A stretch of 64,000 nucleotides of DNA from Candidatus Deferrimicrobiaceae bacterium (GTDB taxonomy: Bacteria > Desulfobacterota > Deferrimicrobia > Deferrimicrobiales > Deferrimicrobiaceae). A program made the position numbers and the translations under genes. The notes below the pieces were generated by a model, which ran no database searches, was not told where the DNA came from, and worked only from the letters and a program-made list of their open reading frames with translations. Of the stretch, positions 1 to 10,700 are shown piece after piece. How positions within the stretch are numbered: the stretch's first letter is position 1; the number at the start of each line of letters is the position of its first letter. The stretch is from the NCBI GenBank assembly GCA_963725055.1, contig CAVRXE010000004.1:7808-71807 (forward strand), read 5' to 3'.

Positions 1-70
1 GGCCGGACTTTCGGGATCGGGGCGCCTTCACGACCTGATCGTAAACGTCTACGCCGTCACCCCGGGGGAA

Positions 71-616
71 TTGAAAGAGGAGGGAGCGGGCCTTACGATC
101 CGTTACGGAGTCCACCGGGGCCCCTTCGGAGACTTCCTGCTCGCGATCACCGGCAAGGGAATCTGCGCGTTGTCGTTCCTGGGGCAGGGCGGCGCCCGGG
201 GAGCGGTGGAAGCGCTCCGGAAGGAGTGGGCGGGATCGAGGCTCGTCGAAGACCCGGATACCACGAAAACCGTGGCGGACCGCATCTTCGCCCCCCCGCG
301 GAAAGCGGGCACCCCGCCGCTGAACGTGGTCGTCAAGGGAACCAACTTCCAGATCAAGGTTTGGGAAGCCCTCCTCCGGATCCCGGCGGGAAGCGTCGCC
401 GCCTACGAGGACGTCGCCGCCCGGATCGGCACGCCGAAAGCGGTGCGCGCCGTCGGGAACGCCGTGGGACGGAACCCCGTCGCGTTCCTCATCCCGTGCC
501 ACCGGGTCCTCCGGAAAACGGGGGCCTTCGGGGGATACGGCGGGGGTGTGGCACGGAAGAAGGCGATCCTCGCCTGGGAGTGGGCCAGGATCCGGGGGCC
601 GGGGAAGGAACGCTGA
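71..616 (+). CDS. ogt: methylated-DNA--protein-cysteine S-methyltransferase (Ogt/Ada C-terminal type)
   Basis: 181-aa ORF with a TTG start. The C-terminal block GTPKAVRAVGNAVGRNPVAFLIPCHRVL carries the PCHR acceptor-cysteine motif. Its stop abuts the convergent uvrA stop (TGA/TCA at 614-619). Confidence 0.9.
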   Translation: MKEEGAGLTIRYGVHRGPFGDFLLAITGKGICALSFLGQGGARGAVEALRKEWAGSRLVEDPDTTKTVADRIFAPPRKAGTPPLNVVVKGTNFQIKVWEALLRIPAGSVAAYEDVAARIGTPKAVRAVGNAVGRNPVAFLIPCHRVLRKTGAFGGYGGGVARKKAILAWEWARIRGPGKER

Positions 617-3459
617 TCAGCTTGCGGCGGCGGGGAGGTGGAGAACCCGCCGGAGGAAGTGCCCGGTGAAGGAGCGCGGGTTCCCCGCCACTTCTTCGGG
701 GGTGCCGCACGCGACGATCTCTCCGCCGGCGTCGCCCCCTTCCGGCCCCAGATCGATGATGTGGTCCGCCGATTTGATCACGTCCAGGTTGTGCTCGATG
801 ATGATCACCGTGTTCCCCGCGTCCGCGAACAGGTGGAGGACGGAGAGAAGCTTCGAGATGTCGTCGAAGTGGAGCCCGGTCGTCGGCTCGTCGAGAAGGT
901 AGACCGTCTTCCCCGTCGCCCGGCGCGACAGCTCCCGCGCGAGCTTCACCCGCTGCGCCTCCCCGCCCGACAGCGTGGTGGCCGACTGCCCCAGCCGGAT
1001 GTACCCCAGCCCGACGCGCGACAGCGTCTCCAGCTTGTGCCGGATCGGCGGGATGGGGAAGAGGAAACGCCAGCGCCTGGTCGACCGTCATCTCGAGGAC
1101 GTCGGCGACGCTCTTCCCCTTGTAGGCGACCTCGAGCGTCTCCCGGTTGTACCGCCGCCCCCGGCACTCCTCGCACGTGACGTAGACGTCCGGCATGAAG
1201 TGCATCTCGATCTTGATGATCCCGTCCCCCTCGCACGCCTCGCACCGCCCCCCCTTCACGTTGAAGGAGTAGCGCCCGGGCGGTACCCGCGGGATTTGCT
1301 CTCGGGGAGCATCGCGAACAGGTCCCGGATCGGCGTGAAGACGCCGGAGTAGGTCGCCGGGTTCGATCGCGGCGTGCTCCCGATGGGGGACTGGTCGATG
1401 TGGATCACCTTGTCCACGTGTTCCAGCCCCGACAGCGACCGGTGCTCCCCGGGCCGCTCCCGTCCGCCGGCGAGCTTCTGGGCGAGCGCCTTGTAGAGGG
1501 TGTCGAGGATCAGCGTCGACTTCCCGGAGCCCGAGACCCCGGTGACGCACGTGATGACCCCGAGCGGGATCGTCACGTCGATCCCCTTCAGGTTGTTCGC
1601 CCGGCATCCCTCGAGCCGCAGCGCGTGCCCGTCGGATACGCCGCCGTTCCCGCGGGACGGGAATCTCCTTCTTCCCGGCGAGGTACTGCCCGGTCAGGGA
1701 CGCCTCGCACCGGAGGATCTCCTCCGGGGTCCCCGCCGCCACTACGTGCCCGCCGTGCTCCCCCGCGCCCGGCCCCATGTCGATCACGTGATCCGCGGTC
1801 CGGATCGTCTCCTCGTCGTGCTCGACGACCAGCACCGTGTTCCCGAGGTCGCGCAGCCGGGTCAGGGTGGACAGGAGCCGCCGGTTGTCCCGCTGGTGCA
1901 GCCCGATCGACGGCTCGTCGAGGATGTAGAGTACGCCCATCAGCGACGCGCCGATCTGCGTGGCCAGCCGGATCCGCTGCCCCTCGCCGCCGGAAAGGGT
2001 CGCGGATGCCCGGGACAGCGTGAGGTAGGAGAGCCCCACGTTCGCGAGGAAGGTGAGGCGCGACCGGATCTCCTTCAGGATCCGGGAGGCGATCTCCTCC
2101 TCGCGCGGCCGACAGCGGCAGGTCGCGAAAGAAGGCGAGCGACTCCTCCACCGGCAGGGCGGTCACGCCGTCGATCCCCTTCCCCGCGACGGTGACGCAC
2201 AGCGCCTCCTTCTTCAGCCGCGCTCCCCCGCACGCCCGGCACGGCCGGTTGTTCATGTACCGGGAGAGCTCTTCCCGCACATCCTCTGAGTCGGTCTCCC
2301 GGAAGCGCCGTTCCAGGTTGTTCACCACCCCCTCGAACGGCTTCGTGAAGGAGAATTGCCGGTCCCCTTCCTCGAGGGCGAACCGGACCGGCTCCCCGGC
2401 CGATCCGGAGAGGACGAGCCGTCGAACCCGCTCGGGCAGCTTTCCGAACGGCACGTCGAGGGAGAACCGGTAGTGGGACGCGAGGGAGGAGAGCGTCTGC
2501 CGGTAGAAGATCTGCGTGCGGCGGCTCCACGGGTCGATCGCCCCCTGCCGGATCGTCTTCCCGGGGTCGGGGACCACCAGGTCCGGGTCGAAGTAGATCG
2601 TCGACCCGAGCCCGTCGCACTCCGGGCACGCCCCGTGGGGACTGTTGAAGGAGAACAGGCGCGGGGTGACCTCGGGGAGGCTAACGCCGCAGTCGGGGCA
2701 GGCGAACTTCTCGCTGCAGATCGTGCCGTTCCCCTGCCCGTCCACCACGCGCACCAGCCCCTCGGACAGCTTGAGACACAACGCCACGGAGTCGGCCAGC
2801 CGGCCGCGCGACCCTTCCGAGACCTTCAACCGGTCCACGACGACGTCGATGTCGTGCTTGCGCTGCTTGTCGAGGACGATCGGCTCCGCGGGGTCCCTCG
2901 TCTCCCCGTCCACCACCACGCGGGAAAAACCGTCGCGGGACAGCTTCGCGAGCTCCTTGCGATACTCCCCCTTGCGTCCCCGGACGATCGGCGCCCACAG
3001 CTGGACCCGCGCGCCGTCCCCCATCGCCATCACGGCGTCGACGATCTGCGTCACCGTCTGCCGGCGGATCTCTTTTCCGCAGGAGGGGCAATGGACCCGT
3101 CCGATGGAGGCGAACAGCAGCCGCAGGTAGTCGTAGACCTCGGTGACCGTTCCCACGGTGGAGCGGGGATTCTTCCCGACCGACTTCTGCTCGATCGAGA
3201 TTGCGGGGGAGAGCCCCTCGATCACGTCGACGTCGGGCTTCTCCATCTGCTCGAGGAACTGGCGGGCGTAGGCGGAGAGCGACTCCACGTACCGCCGCTG
3301 CCCCTCGGCGTAGATCGTGTCGAAGGCGAGCGACGATTTCCCGGAGCCCGAGACCCCGGTGATCACGACGAGCCGGTCGCGGGGGATCTCCACGTCGATG
3401 TTTTTCAGGTTGTGCGCGCGGGCACCGCGCACGACGATCCGGTCCAGGGCCACCGTCAC
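617..3459 (-). pseudogene. uvrA: excinuclease ABC subunit UvrA, reading frame interrupted about four times as assembled
   Basis: N-terminus is [57 protein letters not shown]. Also present are a second Walker A ([12 protein letters not shown]), LSGGEGQR, the zinc-finger text GGRCEACEGDG and the C-terminus [16 protein letters not shown]...[11 protein letters not shown]. The homologous text hops between minus-strand ORFs 1588-3459, 489-2039, 1256-1576 and 617-949. Confidence 0.9.
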
Positions 3460-3691
3460 TTCTCCTCAGTCGTTACAATCATAATCACGGCAAGGTATCC
3501 AAACCGATCCCGGAAGCCGCTCCTTCGACGGGACTACCCCTTCGGCGGAGTCGCCGCAGGAGGGGGGCGAAGTGAGGTAAAGCGCAGCCGTGCGGGTTCA
3601 TCGCACGGCGAGCCACGAACGGAGCCCCCGCTCCGAGGCGGCGCAGCCGGACCCTCTCGCCGTGGGGCGTCCTACAGCTACGTTACCTGAT

Positions 3692-4675
3692 TCATGAGAC
3701 CTTCCCCGCCATCCCCGCCGCCATCCGGACGGCGGCCAGCAGGCTCGCGGGATTCGCGGTCCCCTTCCCGGCGATGTCGTAGGCGGTGCCGTGGTCCACC
3801 GAGGTCCGGACGATGGGCAGTCCCATCGTCACGTTCACCCCGTCGTCGAAGTGGACGAGCTTCAGGGGGATGAGGCCGTGGTCGTGCGTCATCGCGACGA
3901 CGACGTCGAACTCCCCCCGGTACGCGCGGAAAAAGATCGTGTCGGGGGGGTGCGGACCCGTGGCGTCGATCCCCGCCGTCCGGCAAGCGGCGATCGCCGG
4001 CGCGATGAGCGTCGTCTCTTCGTCGCCGAACATCCCCCCCTCGCCCGCGTGGGGGTTCAGCGCGGCCACGGCGATCCGCGGGGAGGAGGTCCCCATGTAC
4101 CTGCGGAAGAAGGCGTCGGTGATGCGCACGGTCTTTTCGATGAGCGCGGGGGAGAGAAGTTCCAAGGCGCGGCGCAATCCGACGTGGATCGTGACCAGGG
4201 CGACGCGCAGCCGGTCGCCGGCCAGCATCATCACCACGTCGGCGCCGCCGCACAGGTGGGCGAGGAACTCGGTGTGGCCGGGGAACGGAACGCCCGCCGC
4301 CTTCAGCCCTTCCTTCGTGATCGGGCAGGTGACGATCGCCGCGACCTCCCCGGAGAGAACGTCCCGCGTTGCGGACCGGATATACCCGGCCATCGCGACG
4401 TAGCCGGGCAGGGAGGGGCGGCCGAATGGAACCTGCCCCGGGTCGAGAGAGGAGCGGGCCGCGACGGCGATCCGACCGGGTCCGGCCTCCTCCCCTTCAC
4501 CTACGACCTCGAGGGACACGCCCGTCACCTGTACCGCGCGCCGCAGGATCGCCGGGTCGCCGTACACCACCGGGCGGCACCGGGAAAAGAGCTCCTCCCG
4601 CGCGTGGGCGAGGACGGCGACCTCCGGGCCGATCCCTGCGGGGTCCCCCATCGTGATGGCGATCTTCGGCAGCAT
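3692..4675 (-). CDS. pdxA: 4-hydroxythreonine-4-phosphate dehydrogenase PdxA
   Basis: Internal ATG at 4675 gives MLPKIAITMGDPAGIGPEV... followed by ...HAGEGGMFGDEE...MTHDHGLIPLK...VRTSVDHGTAYDIAGKG, typical PdxA text. It lies directly downstream of a surA-like gene, as in the surA-pdxA arrangement. Confidence 0.9.
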   Translation of the reverse strand: MLPKIAITMGDPAGIGPEVAVLAHAREELFSRCRPVVYGDPAILRRAVQVTGVSLEVVGEGEEAGPGRIAVAARSSLDPGQVPFGRPSLPGYVAMAGYIRSATRDVLSGEVAAIVTCPITKEGLKAAGVPFPGHTEFLAHLCGGADVVMMLAGDRLRVALVTIHVGLRRALELLSPALIEKTVRITDAFFRRYMGTSSPRIAVAALNPHAGEGGMFGDEETTLIAPAIAACRTAGIDATGPHPPDTIFFRAYRGEFDVVVAMTHDHGLIPLKLVHFDDGVNVTMGLPIVRTSVDHGTAYDIAGKGTANPASLLAAVRMAAGMAGKVS

Positions 4676-4710
4676 GGCGTTTGGGTGCGGCGAAGCGGGC
4701 GCGGGACGGG

Positions 4711-5685
4711 TCAGAGACGGACGTCGATCGAGGCCGACCGCTTCAGCTCCGAGAGGATGTCGGAATACGCCTTCTCGCTGCGCCGGTCGGTGAGCTCCTC
4801 GGTCAATGCGTTCTTCACAGCGGAGAAATCCCCGGGCGCTCCCCCCCGGCGCTCGACGACCCGCAGCAGGTATGCCCCCGCCTCGGTGGAGAACGGCGAG
4901 GACGACTCCCCGGCCCGCAGGCGGCGAACTTCCCGCTGCAGCTCCGGGAGCAGATCCTCGGTCGTCACGAACTCGGCGTCGTGGAGCTGGACGTTGGGAA
5001 ACGTACCGCGAACCAGAGCCTCCGCCTCGGCGAACGTACGTCCCGCCCGGACCGCGTCGGCCGCCTGCTGTACGGCGATCCGCGCCTGCGCGGCCTCCAG
5101 GCCCGCGGACGGCGCGGAGGCGATCGGGAAGAAGAGCGTCTCGAGCCGGACCTGCGCCCCGACAAGAAACCGTTCCCCGCTCTCCCGGAAGTAGTCGCGC
5201 ACCTCGCTCTCCGTGACCATGACCTCCTTGTACTTGCGCGCCCGGACGATTGCGCCGCGCTCCATCTGCCACCGGATGCGGCGGCGGTACGCGGGAAGGG
5301 TGATCCCATCCTTCCCGAGCAGCTCCTTGAACTGCGCTTCGTTCACGCCGTTCGCCTTCCGGACGGATTCGACGGCCTTGTCGATCTCGGTCTCCGAGAT
5401 CGGCTGGCCCAGCTTCTCCAGTTCCTTCCGAACCAGGACGGAATCGACGAGGCCCTCGATCCAGCGCAGCACCACGCGGGGGTCGCGCTCCTCGCGCAGG
5501 AGGGCATCCGCGTCCCCCACGGGGATCCCCATCCCTTCCGACACCGACTCGCGCACCTCGGAAAAAGTGACCGGTTCCTCGTTCACCAGAGAGACGACGC
5601 CGTCGATCACGCGGGGAAACGCCGTCCCCGCGGAAAGAAGCAGCGCCGCGCCGGCTGCCGCGATGATCGCCCCCGTTCGCGTCAA
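4711..5685 (-). CDS. SurA-like periplasmic chaperone / peptidyl-prolyl isomerase
   Basis: TTG start at 5685 preceded by GGAGGAG, overlapping the upstream stop (ATTGA). It has a signal-like LTRTGAIIAAAGAALLLSAG, a SurA_N-like body (VDSVLVRKELEKLG...ITLPAYRRRIRWQMERGAIV) and a C-terminal parvulin-like segment. Confidence 0.75.
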   Translation of the reverse strand: MTRTGAIIAAAGAALLLSAGTAFPRVIDGVVSLVNEEPVTFSEVRESVSEGMGIPVGDADALLREERDPRVVLRWIEGLVDSVLVRKELEKLGQPISETEIDKAVESVRKANGVNEAQFKELLGKDGITLPAYRRRIRWQMERGAIVRARKYKEVMVTESEVRDYFRESGERFLVGAQVRLETLFFPIASAPSAGLEAAQARIAVQQAADAVRAGRTFAEAEALVRGTFPNVQLHDAEFVTTEDLLPELQREVRRLRAGESSSPFSTEAGAYLLRVVERRGGAPGDFSAVKNALTEELTDRRSEKAYSDILSELKRSASIDVRL

Positions 5686-6659
5686 TGTTTCTCCTCCACC
5701 AGTTTTTGCAGCAGATCCGCGTGCACCTTCACCTTCGCCTCCGTGGTCGCCTGCGCCAGCCACCGGCGGAATGCCGCCTCCCGCCGGGGCGCGAGGATCG
5801 ATTCCCGGATTCGCGCCTCTTCGCTGCCCAGCGTCTGCGCCCGCGCCGCTTCCCTCCGCGTGACCTGGAACAGGCTCGTCGCGCTTTCCCCGGCAACCGG
5901 CTCGCTGACGCCGCCCTCCGGGAGATCGAACACCCCGGCGGGAAGTTCCGGCGGGAGTTCGTCGCGGCGGAAGAAACCCAGGTCGACCCCCTCGTCGGAA
6001 GGGTCTCCGTCGTCCCCGCCGACGGGCCGCCCGGCCTGCAGCTTTTCGCGCGCGACGGCCGCGCGCTCCGCCGAATCGAAGAGATATTGTCGCACGCGGA
6101 CCCGTTCCGGCACCGTCACGGGACTCTTTTCCTTCCGGAACGCCTCCTCCACCTCCTGCTGGGTCACCGTTGCCCCGGCCGCCGCGATGGCATCGGCCGA
6201 CCGCCGGAACAGCAGGGAGCGCCGGAGCTGCTCCCTCCACGCGTCGGGTTCCATCCCCGCCTGGAGGAGCGCCTTCTCGAGCCCCCCCGGCGGGAAGTCC
6301 GCCCGGAACCGCATCACCTCTTCCTCGAGGGACCCCGCGGGAAGCGTGACCCCCCGTCGCTGCCCCTCCCTCAGGACGACGGTCCGCTCGATCGCCCGCC
6401 GGACCGCCTCGGAAACCTCTCCGCGGGAGGGCCCCCGGGCCTCGAGGGACGGCGTGTAGCCGCGCATCGAGAGAATCTCGTTCTTTACGTCCTTCAGGAC
6501 GACGGGGGCGCCGTCCACCTCGGCGACGACGACCTCGGCGTCGGGCCGGTTCGCCGGGGCGGGAGAGCATGCCCACAGAAACGCGGCGGCCAGCGCGAAC
6601 CCGACAACAGCGCGGGAAGCGGACGCTCTACCCCGCGGTGGGAGGACACTCTTTCCCAT
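5682..6659 (-). CDS. SurA/PpiD-like exported protein with degenerate parvulin domain
   Basis: Start MGKSVLPPRGRASASRAVVGFALAAAFLWACSP is signal-peptide-like with a Cys. The body resembles the PpiC/SurA family (VRVRQYLFDS...DLGFFRRDELPPELPAGVFDL...SLFQVTRRE). The upstream part of the 399-aa track ORF is repeat-derived and was not included. Confidence 0.65.
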   Translation of the reverse strand: MGKSVLPPRGRASASRAVVGFALAAAFLWACSPAPANRPDAEVVVAEVDGAPVVLKDVKNEILSMRGYTPSLEARGPSRGEVSEAVRRAIERTVVLREGQRRGVTLPAGSLEEEVMRFRADFPPGGLEKALLQAGMEPDAWREQLRRSLLFRRSADAIAAAGATVTQQEVEEAFRKEKSPVTVPERVRVRQYLFDSAERAAVAREKLQAGRPVGGDDGDPSDEGVDLGFFRRDELPPELPAGVFDLPEGGVSEPVAGESATSLFQVTRREAARAQTLGSEEARIRESILAPRREAAFRRWLAQATTEAKVKVHADLLQKLVEEKH

Positions 6660-6661
6660 GA

Positions 6662-6766
6662 GGGGGGACACTCCTGGTTTTCTCGTCGAAAGGATCAGGA
6701 GTGTCCCCCACTGCCAAGAATGTCCCCCCTGGCAGGAATGTCCCCCCCTGACCAAGAGTGTCCCCC
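6662..6766. repeat. intergenic array of the motif R-TGTCCCCC (one 14-bp inverted pair plus three further direct copies)
   Basis: GGGGGACACTCCTG (6663-6676) and CAGGAGTGTCCCCC (6696-6709) are perfect inverted arms. Direct copies begin at 6701, 6720, 6738 and 6758, a spacing of 18-20 bp. A diverged copy GGAGGACACTC sits at 6641-6651 inside the start of the downstream gene. Confidence 0.85.
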
Positions 6767-6771
6767 AAGGG

Positions 6772-7689
6772 TCACTTCTCGGGGGACTGGCCCGGGGTAC
6801 CGGCCTTCGGCGCGGCCGGCGCCGACCCCGGCTCCGGCGCCCCCGGGGAGGCCGGAAGACCATCCGGCTTGTAGAGGACACGCACCGTCGCCTGATTCCT
6901 CAGGTTCGCGATCAGCCCCTCGAAGGCGTCCCGCTGCGCCTGCTCGCGCTGCTCGGCGAGGAGTTTCGGCTTCATCTCCTCGAACGATATGGTGCCCGCG
7001 GGCGATTTCGCGTACACCTTGATCACGTGGTACCCGTACGTCGTCTTGACGGGACCCGTCACCTCGCCGGGCGCGGCGGCGAAGGCCGCCGCCTCGAACT
7101 CCTTCACGAGGTTCCCGCGCTCGATCTCCCCGAGGTCCGCGGCGACCTCGCCGTTCCCGGCCGCGACTTCCTTCATCAGCGCTTCGAACGACTCCCCCGC
7201 TTTCGCGCGACGGAGAATCTCCAGCGCGCGGGCCTTATCACGGAAAAGCATGTGGCTCACCCTCACCCGCTCCCCCACCTGATGCAAGGCGGGGTTCGCG
7301 TCGTAGATCGTCCGCAGCGCCGCGTCGGAAAGCCCGGGTGCCTTCTCGGCCACGTCGCGCAGCAGCGCCTCGAGGACGATCGACTTGCGCGCCATGGCGA
7401 CCCGGTCGGCCACCTCGGGGCGGCGGTCGATCCCGCGCCGTAGCGCCTCCCGCATCAGCAGGTCGCGCGTGATGACGCTCTCGAGAAACTGCGCCCTGCC
7501 CGCGGCGGTTTCGAGGATCGGCCGTACATAGGGGGGAAGATTTTCCGCCTCTTTCTGAAGGGTCGCCTCCGTGAGAGGTTCCCCGTCCAGCACGGCGAGA
7601 ACCTTCCCCTGCCGTCCGCTCCCGGGGGCGCTCCCGCAAGCGGATGCGACGAACGCGAAAACCACAAACAGAACCGGCATCTTCCGCAT
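6772..7689 (-). CDS. parvulin-type peptidyl-prolyl cis-trans isomerase lipoprotein (PrsA/PpiC family)
   Basis: Lipoprotein signal MRKMPVLFVVFAFVASAC. Parvulin text VRVSHMLFRDKARALEILRRAKAGESFEALMKE...DLGEIERGNLVKEFEAAAFAA.PGEVTGPVKTTYGYHVIKV. Confidence 0.85.
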   Translation of the reverse strand: MRKMPVLFVVFAFVASACGSAPGSGRQGKVLAVLDGEPLTEATLQKEAENLPPYVRPILETAAGRAQFLESVITRDLLMREALRRGIDRRPEVADRVAMARKSIVLEALLRDVAEKAPGLSDAALRTIYDANPALHQVGERVRVSHMLFRDKARALEILRRAKAGESFEALMKEVAAGNGEVAADLGEIERGNLVKEFEAAAFAAAPGEVTGPVKTTYGYHVIKVYAKSPAGTISFEEMKPKLLAEQREQAQRDAFEGLIANLRNQATVRVLYKPDGLPASPGAPEPGSAPAAPKAGTPGQSPEK

Positions 7690-7737
7690 GGAGCGGCTCT
7701 CCTTGGCGAAGAAGTGACGATGGGATGCGATCTAATG

Positions 7738-10700
7738 TTACATGGTACTGCCGGTATCGAACCGGCTCAACAGGTTTTTCGCCGCCGCCAGGATTTCCGC
7801 GGGATCGTGGCCGGGAAGGCGCATCGCGAGGATCTCACCGCGGACGAAGGAGAAACACTTCCGCTCCCGCGTCACCCAGGAGACCAGTTTCGCCCGGTCG
7901 AACGGGGAGTGGGCGGAGAGGGTGAGGAACAGGGAGCCGTCCCCGCGCTTGAGCTCCGCCACTCCCGCGGAGCGCATTGCGGCGCGCATCCGCGCCAGGT
8001 CGCACAGCACGCGGGCGGGGGCGGGAAGCCGGCCGAACCGGTCCAGCAGCGCCATCTCGATCTCGTCCGCGGCGTCCACGGTCTTCGTCGACGACAGCTT
8101 CCGGTAGAACTCCAGGCGCTCCCCGGCCTCGTCGATGTAGTCGTCCGGAAGGAACGCCGGGACGCGAAGGTCCAGTTCCGGCTCCTCCTCCTGCGAGGAG
8201 GCGATCCCCGAAATCTCCGCTACCGCCTCGGAGAGCAGCTGCGTGTACAGCTCGTACCCGACCTGGTGAATCTGTCCCGACTGGTCCTTCCCGAGAAGGT
8301 TTCCCGCTCCCCGGATCTCGAGGTCGTGGGAGGCGATCCGGAAGCCCGAGCCGAGCTCCGTGAGTTCCTCGAGCACGGCGAGCCGCCGGGTGGCGTCCCT
8401 GCCGAGAGCCACGTCTTTCGGGACGACGAAGTACGCGTACGCCCGGTGGCGGTCGCGGCCTACGCGACCCCGGAGCTGGTACAGCTGCGCCAGCCCGAAC
8501 CGGTGCGCGTGGTTCACGAGGATCGTGTTCGCGTTGGGAAGGTCCAGCCCGGCCTCGATGATCGCGGTGCACAGGAGAATGTCGGCGCGGCGCGACGCGA
8601 AGTCGTCCATGGCGACCGACAGGGTCTCCTCGTCCATCTGTCCGTGCCCCACGGCGATCCGCGCGTCGGGGAGAAGCTCGCGCAGGTACCGCTCCATCGC
8701 GGGGAGGGTCTGCACCCGGTTGTGGACGAAGAAGACCTGCCCGCCCCGGCGGATCTCCCGATCCACCGCCTCGCGGATCGTCTCGCCCGAGAAGGGGACG
8801 ACGAAGGTTCGGATCGAGAGCCGGTCCTCGGGGGGGGTGGCGATCAGGCTCACGTCCCGGATCCCGGAGAACGCCATGTGCAGCGTCCGGGGGATCGGCG
8901 TTGCCGACAGCGTCAGCACGTCGACGGCGGCGCGCATCCTCTTCAACCGTTCCTTGTGCGCCACCCCGAACCGCTGCTCCTCGTCGATCACCACGAGCCC
9001 GAGGTTCCTGAACGTCACGTCCCTCTGCAGCAGCCGGTGCGTGCCGATGACGACGTCCACCGTGCCGTTCGCCAGCCTCTTCACCACCTCCGCCTGCTCC
9101 TTCCGGGTGCCGAACCGCGACAGGTTCGCCACCCGCACGGGGTACCCCGCGAGGCGGCGGGTAAACGTCTGGTAATGCTGCTCCGCCAGGATGGTCGTCG
9201 GAACCAGCACCGCCGCCTGCTTCCCCGCCATCACCACCTGGAACGCCGCGCGGATCGCCACCTCGGTCTTGCCGTATCCCACGTCGCCGCAGACGAGCCG
9301 GTCCATCGGACGGAGGGAGGAGAGGTCGGACAGCACCTCGCGGATCACCTGCTCCTGGTCCGGCGTCTCCTCGTGGGGGAACGCCGCCTCGAATTCCCGG
9401 AAGACCGCGTCGGGCGGAGAAACGGGGGCCTTCTCGGCCAGCTGGCGCTTCGCCTGCAGGTCCACCAGCTCCTGGGCCATCGCGAGCAGGTCGTCCCGCA
9501 CCTTCCGCTTGGCGCGCTGCCACGCCGTCCCCCCCAGGCGCGACAGCTGCGCGCGCCCCTCCTCGGACGCCACGTACCGCTGCACCCTGGACATCTTCTC
9601 CACGGGGACGAACAGCCGGTCGCCCCCCGCGTACTCGAGGACGAGGTAGTCCCCCTCCGTCCCGGCGGCGGTCCGGCGCAGCAGGCCGCGGTAGATCCCG
9701 ATGCCGTGATCCACGTGGACCGCCGGGTCGTTCACCCGCAGGTCCGCGAGCGAGAACTCCTCGGGGACGGCGATCCGCTCCTTCCGCGGGCGACGCGACC
9801 GGACCTTCTCCCCGAAGATCTCGCTCTCCGTGACGACCGCCGCGCGAAGCTCCGGCGCCCGGAACCCCCGAGTGACCTCCGACCCGCACAGGAAGACACC
9901 GCGGTCCATGGCCAGCGCATCGCGCAGCGTGTCGACGCGGGAGAGCGGAACGGCGTACCGGGAGAGGAAATCCTCCATCCGGTCCACCTGTGACGGGGAG
10001 AGGGAGCTGACGATGAACCGGTCCCCCCGCTTCCACCACGCCTTCGCCTCCTCGGCCAGCGGGTAGAGGAGCCCTTCCGAGGAGGCGGTGGCGGTGCTTC
10101 GGCGGATCTCCTCGTTCCCGTCCACCCCCGCGTCCCCCCGCAGCGGCTCCTTGCGCCCGAAGGGGGGAACCTCGATCCCGTCGAAGGCGAGCATCGGGAC
10201 GCCGGAGAGCGCGGCGACCAGCCCGGCTTCCGGCACGACCAGCTCCGACGGCGCGGGGTACCCCTCTTCCTCTCCCGCGAGGGCGTACATTCTCCTCCGC
10301 CTCCCCGAAGGCGTTCCGGGCGGCGGCGGCGCACTCCACGGAGTCGACCGCCACGACGAAGGCATCCGCGGGAAGGTACGAAAAGACCGGAGCCGCGTGA
10401 CCGTAGAGGCGCGGCAGGAGCGCGTCCGCACCGTGGAACCGGATCCCATGCCGAAGGAGCCTCCGGCCAGGCGTACGGCCTTGAGGCGCGCCCGTCGCAC
10501 GCCGCCGACAGGAAGTCGTCCCGCGTGATCACCTGCGAGCACGGAAGGATCACGAGGCGCTCCCCGTCCCGCGTCCCCGTCCGCCCGCGCTCCCGCCGCC
10601 ACCGTGCGCTGCGTCGCCGGGTGGAACCAGCGCACCGACTCGACGACGTCGCCGTCCAGCAGGAGCCGCGCCGGGAGCGGATGGGCCGGGCTGTAGACGT

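Noticed and set aside
3587-3609. Hairpin GCCGTGCG-GGTTCAT-CGCACGGC in the 230-nt uvrA/pdxA spacer, which superficially resembles a tRNA T-arm.
   Set aside because: The loop does not fit the TTCRANY T-loop, and no acceptor, D or anticodon arms can be built around it. More likely it is a weak pdxA terminator or incidental structure.
6662-6766. Whether the repeated GTGTCCCCC units could be a small CRISPR array.
   Set aside because: The repeats are only about 11-14 bp, with spacers of about 7-9 bp. One pair is inverted, and no cas genes are nearby. This is inconsistent with a CRISPR array.
7714-9993. Very long ORFs in the track that lie antisense to, or out of frame with, recognised genes. Examples are 7714-9993 (+), 7835-10354 (-), 4681-6459 (+), 33540-35732 (+), 35759-38194 (-), 38585-40807 (+), 17761-19737 (+) and 15204-16553 (+).
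   Set aside because: They overlap genes with clear family signatures on the other strand or frame. Their translations are Arg/Pro/Gly/Ala-rich with no recognisable motifs. Such stop-free shadow frames are expected in high-G+C DNA.
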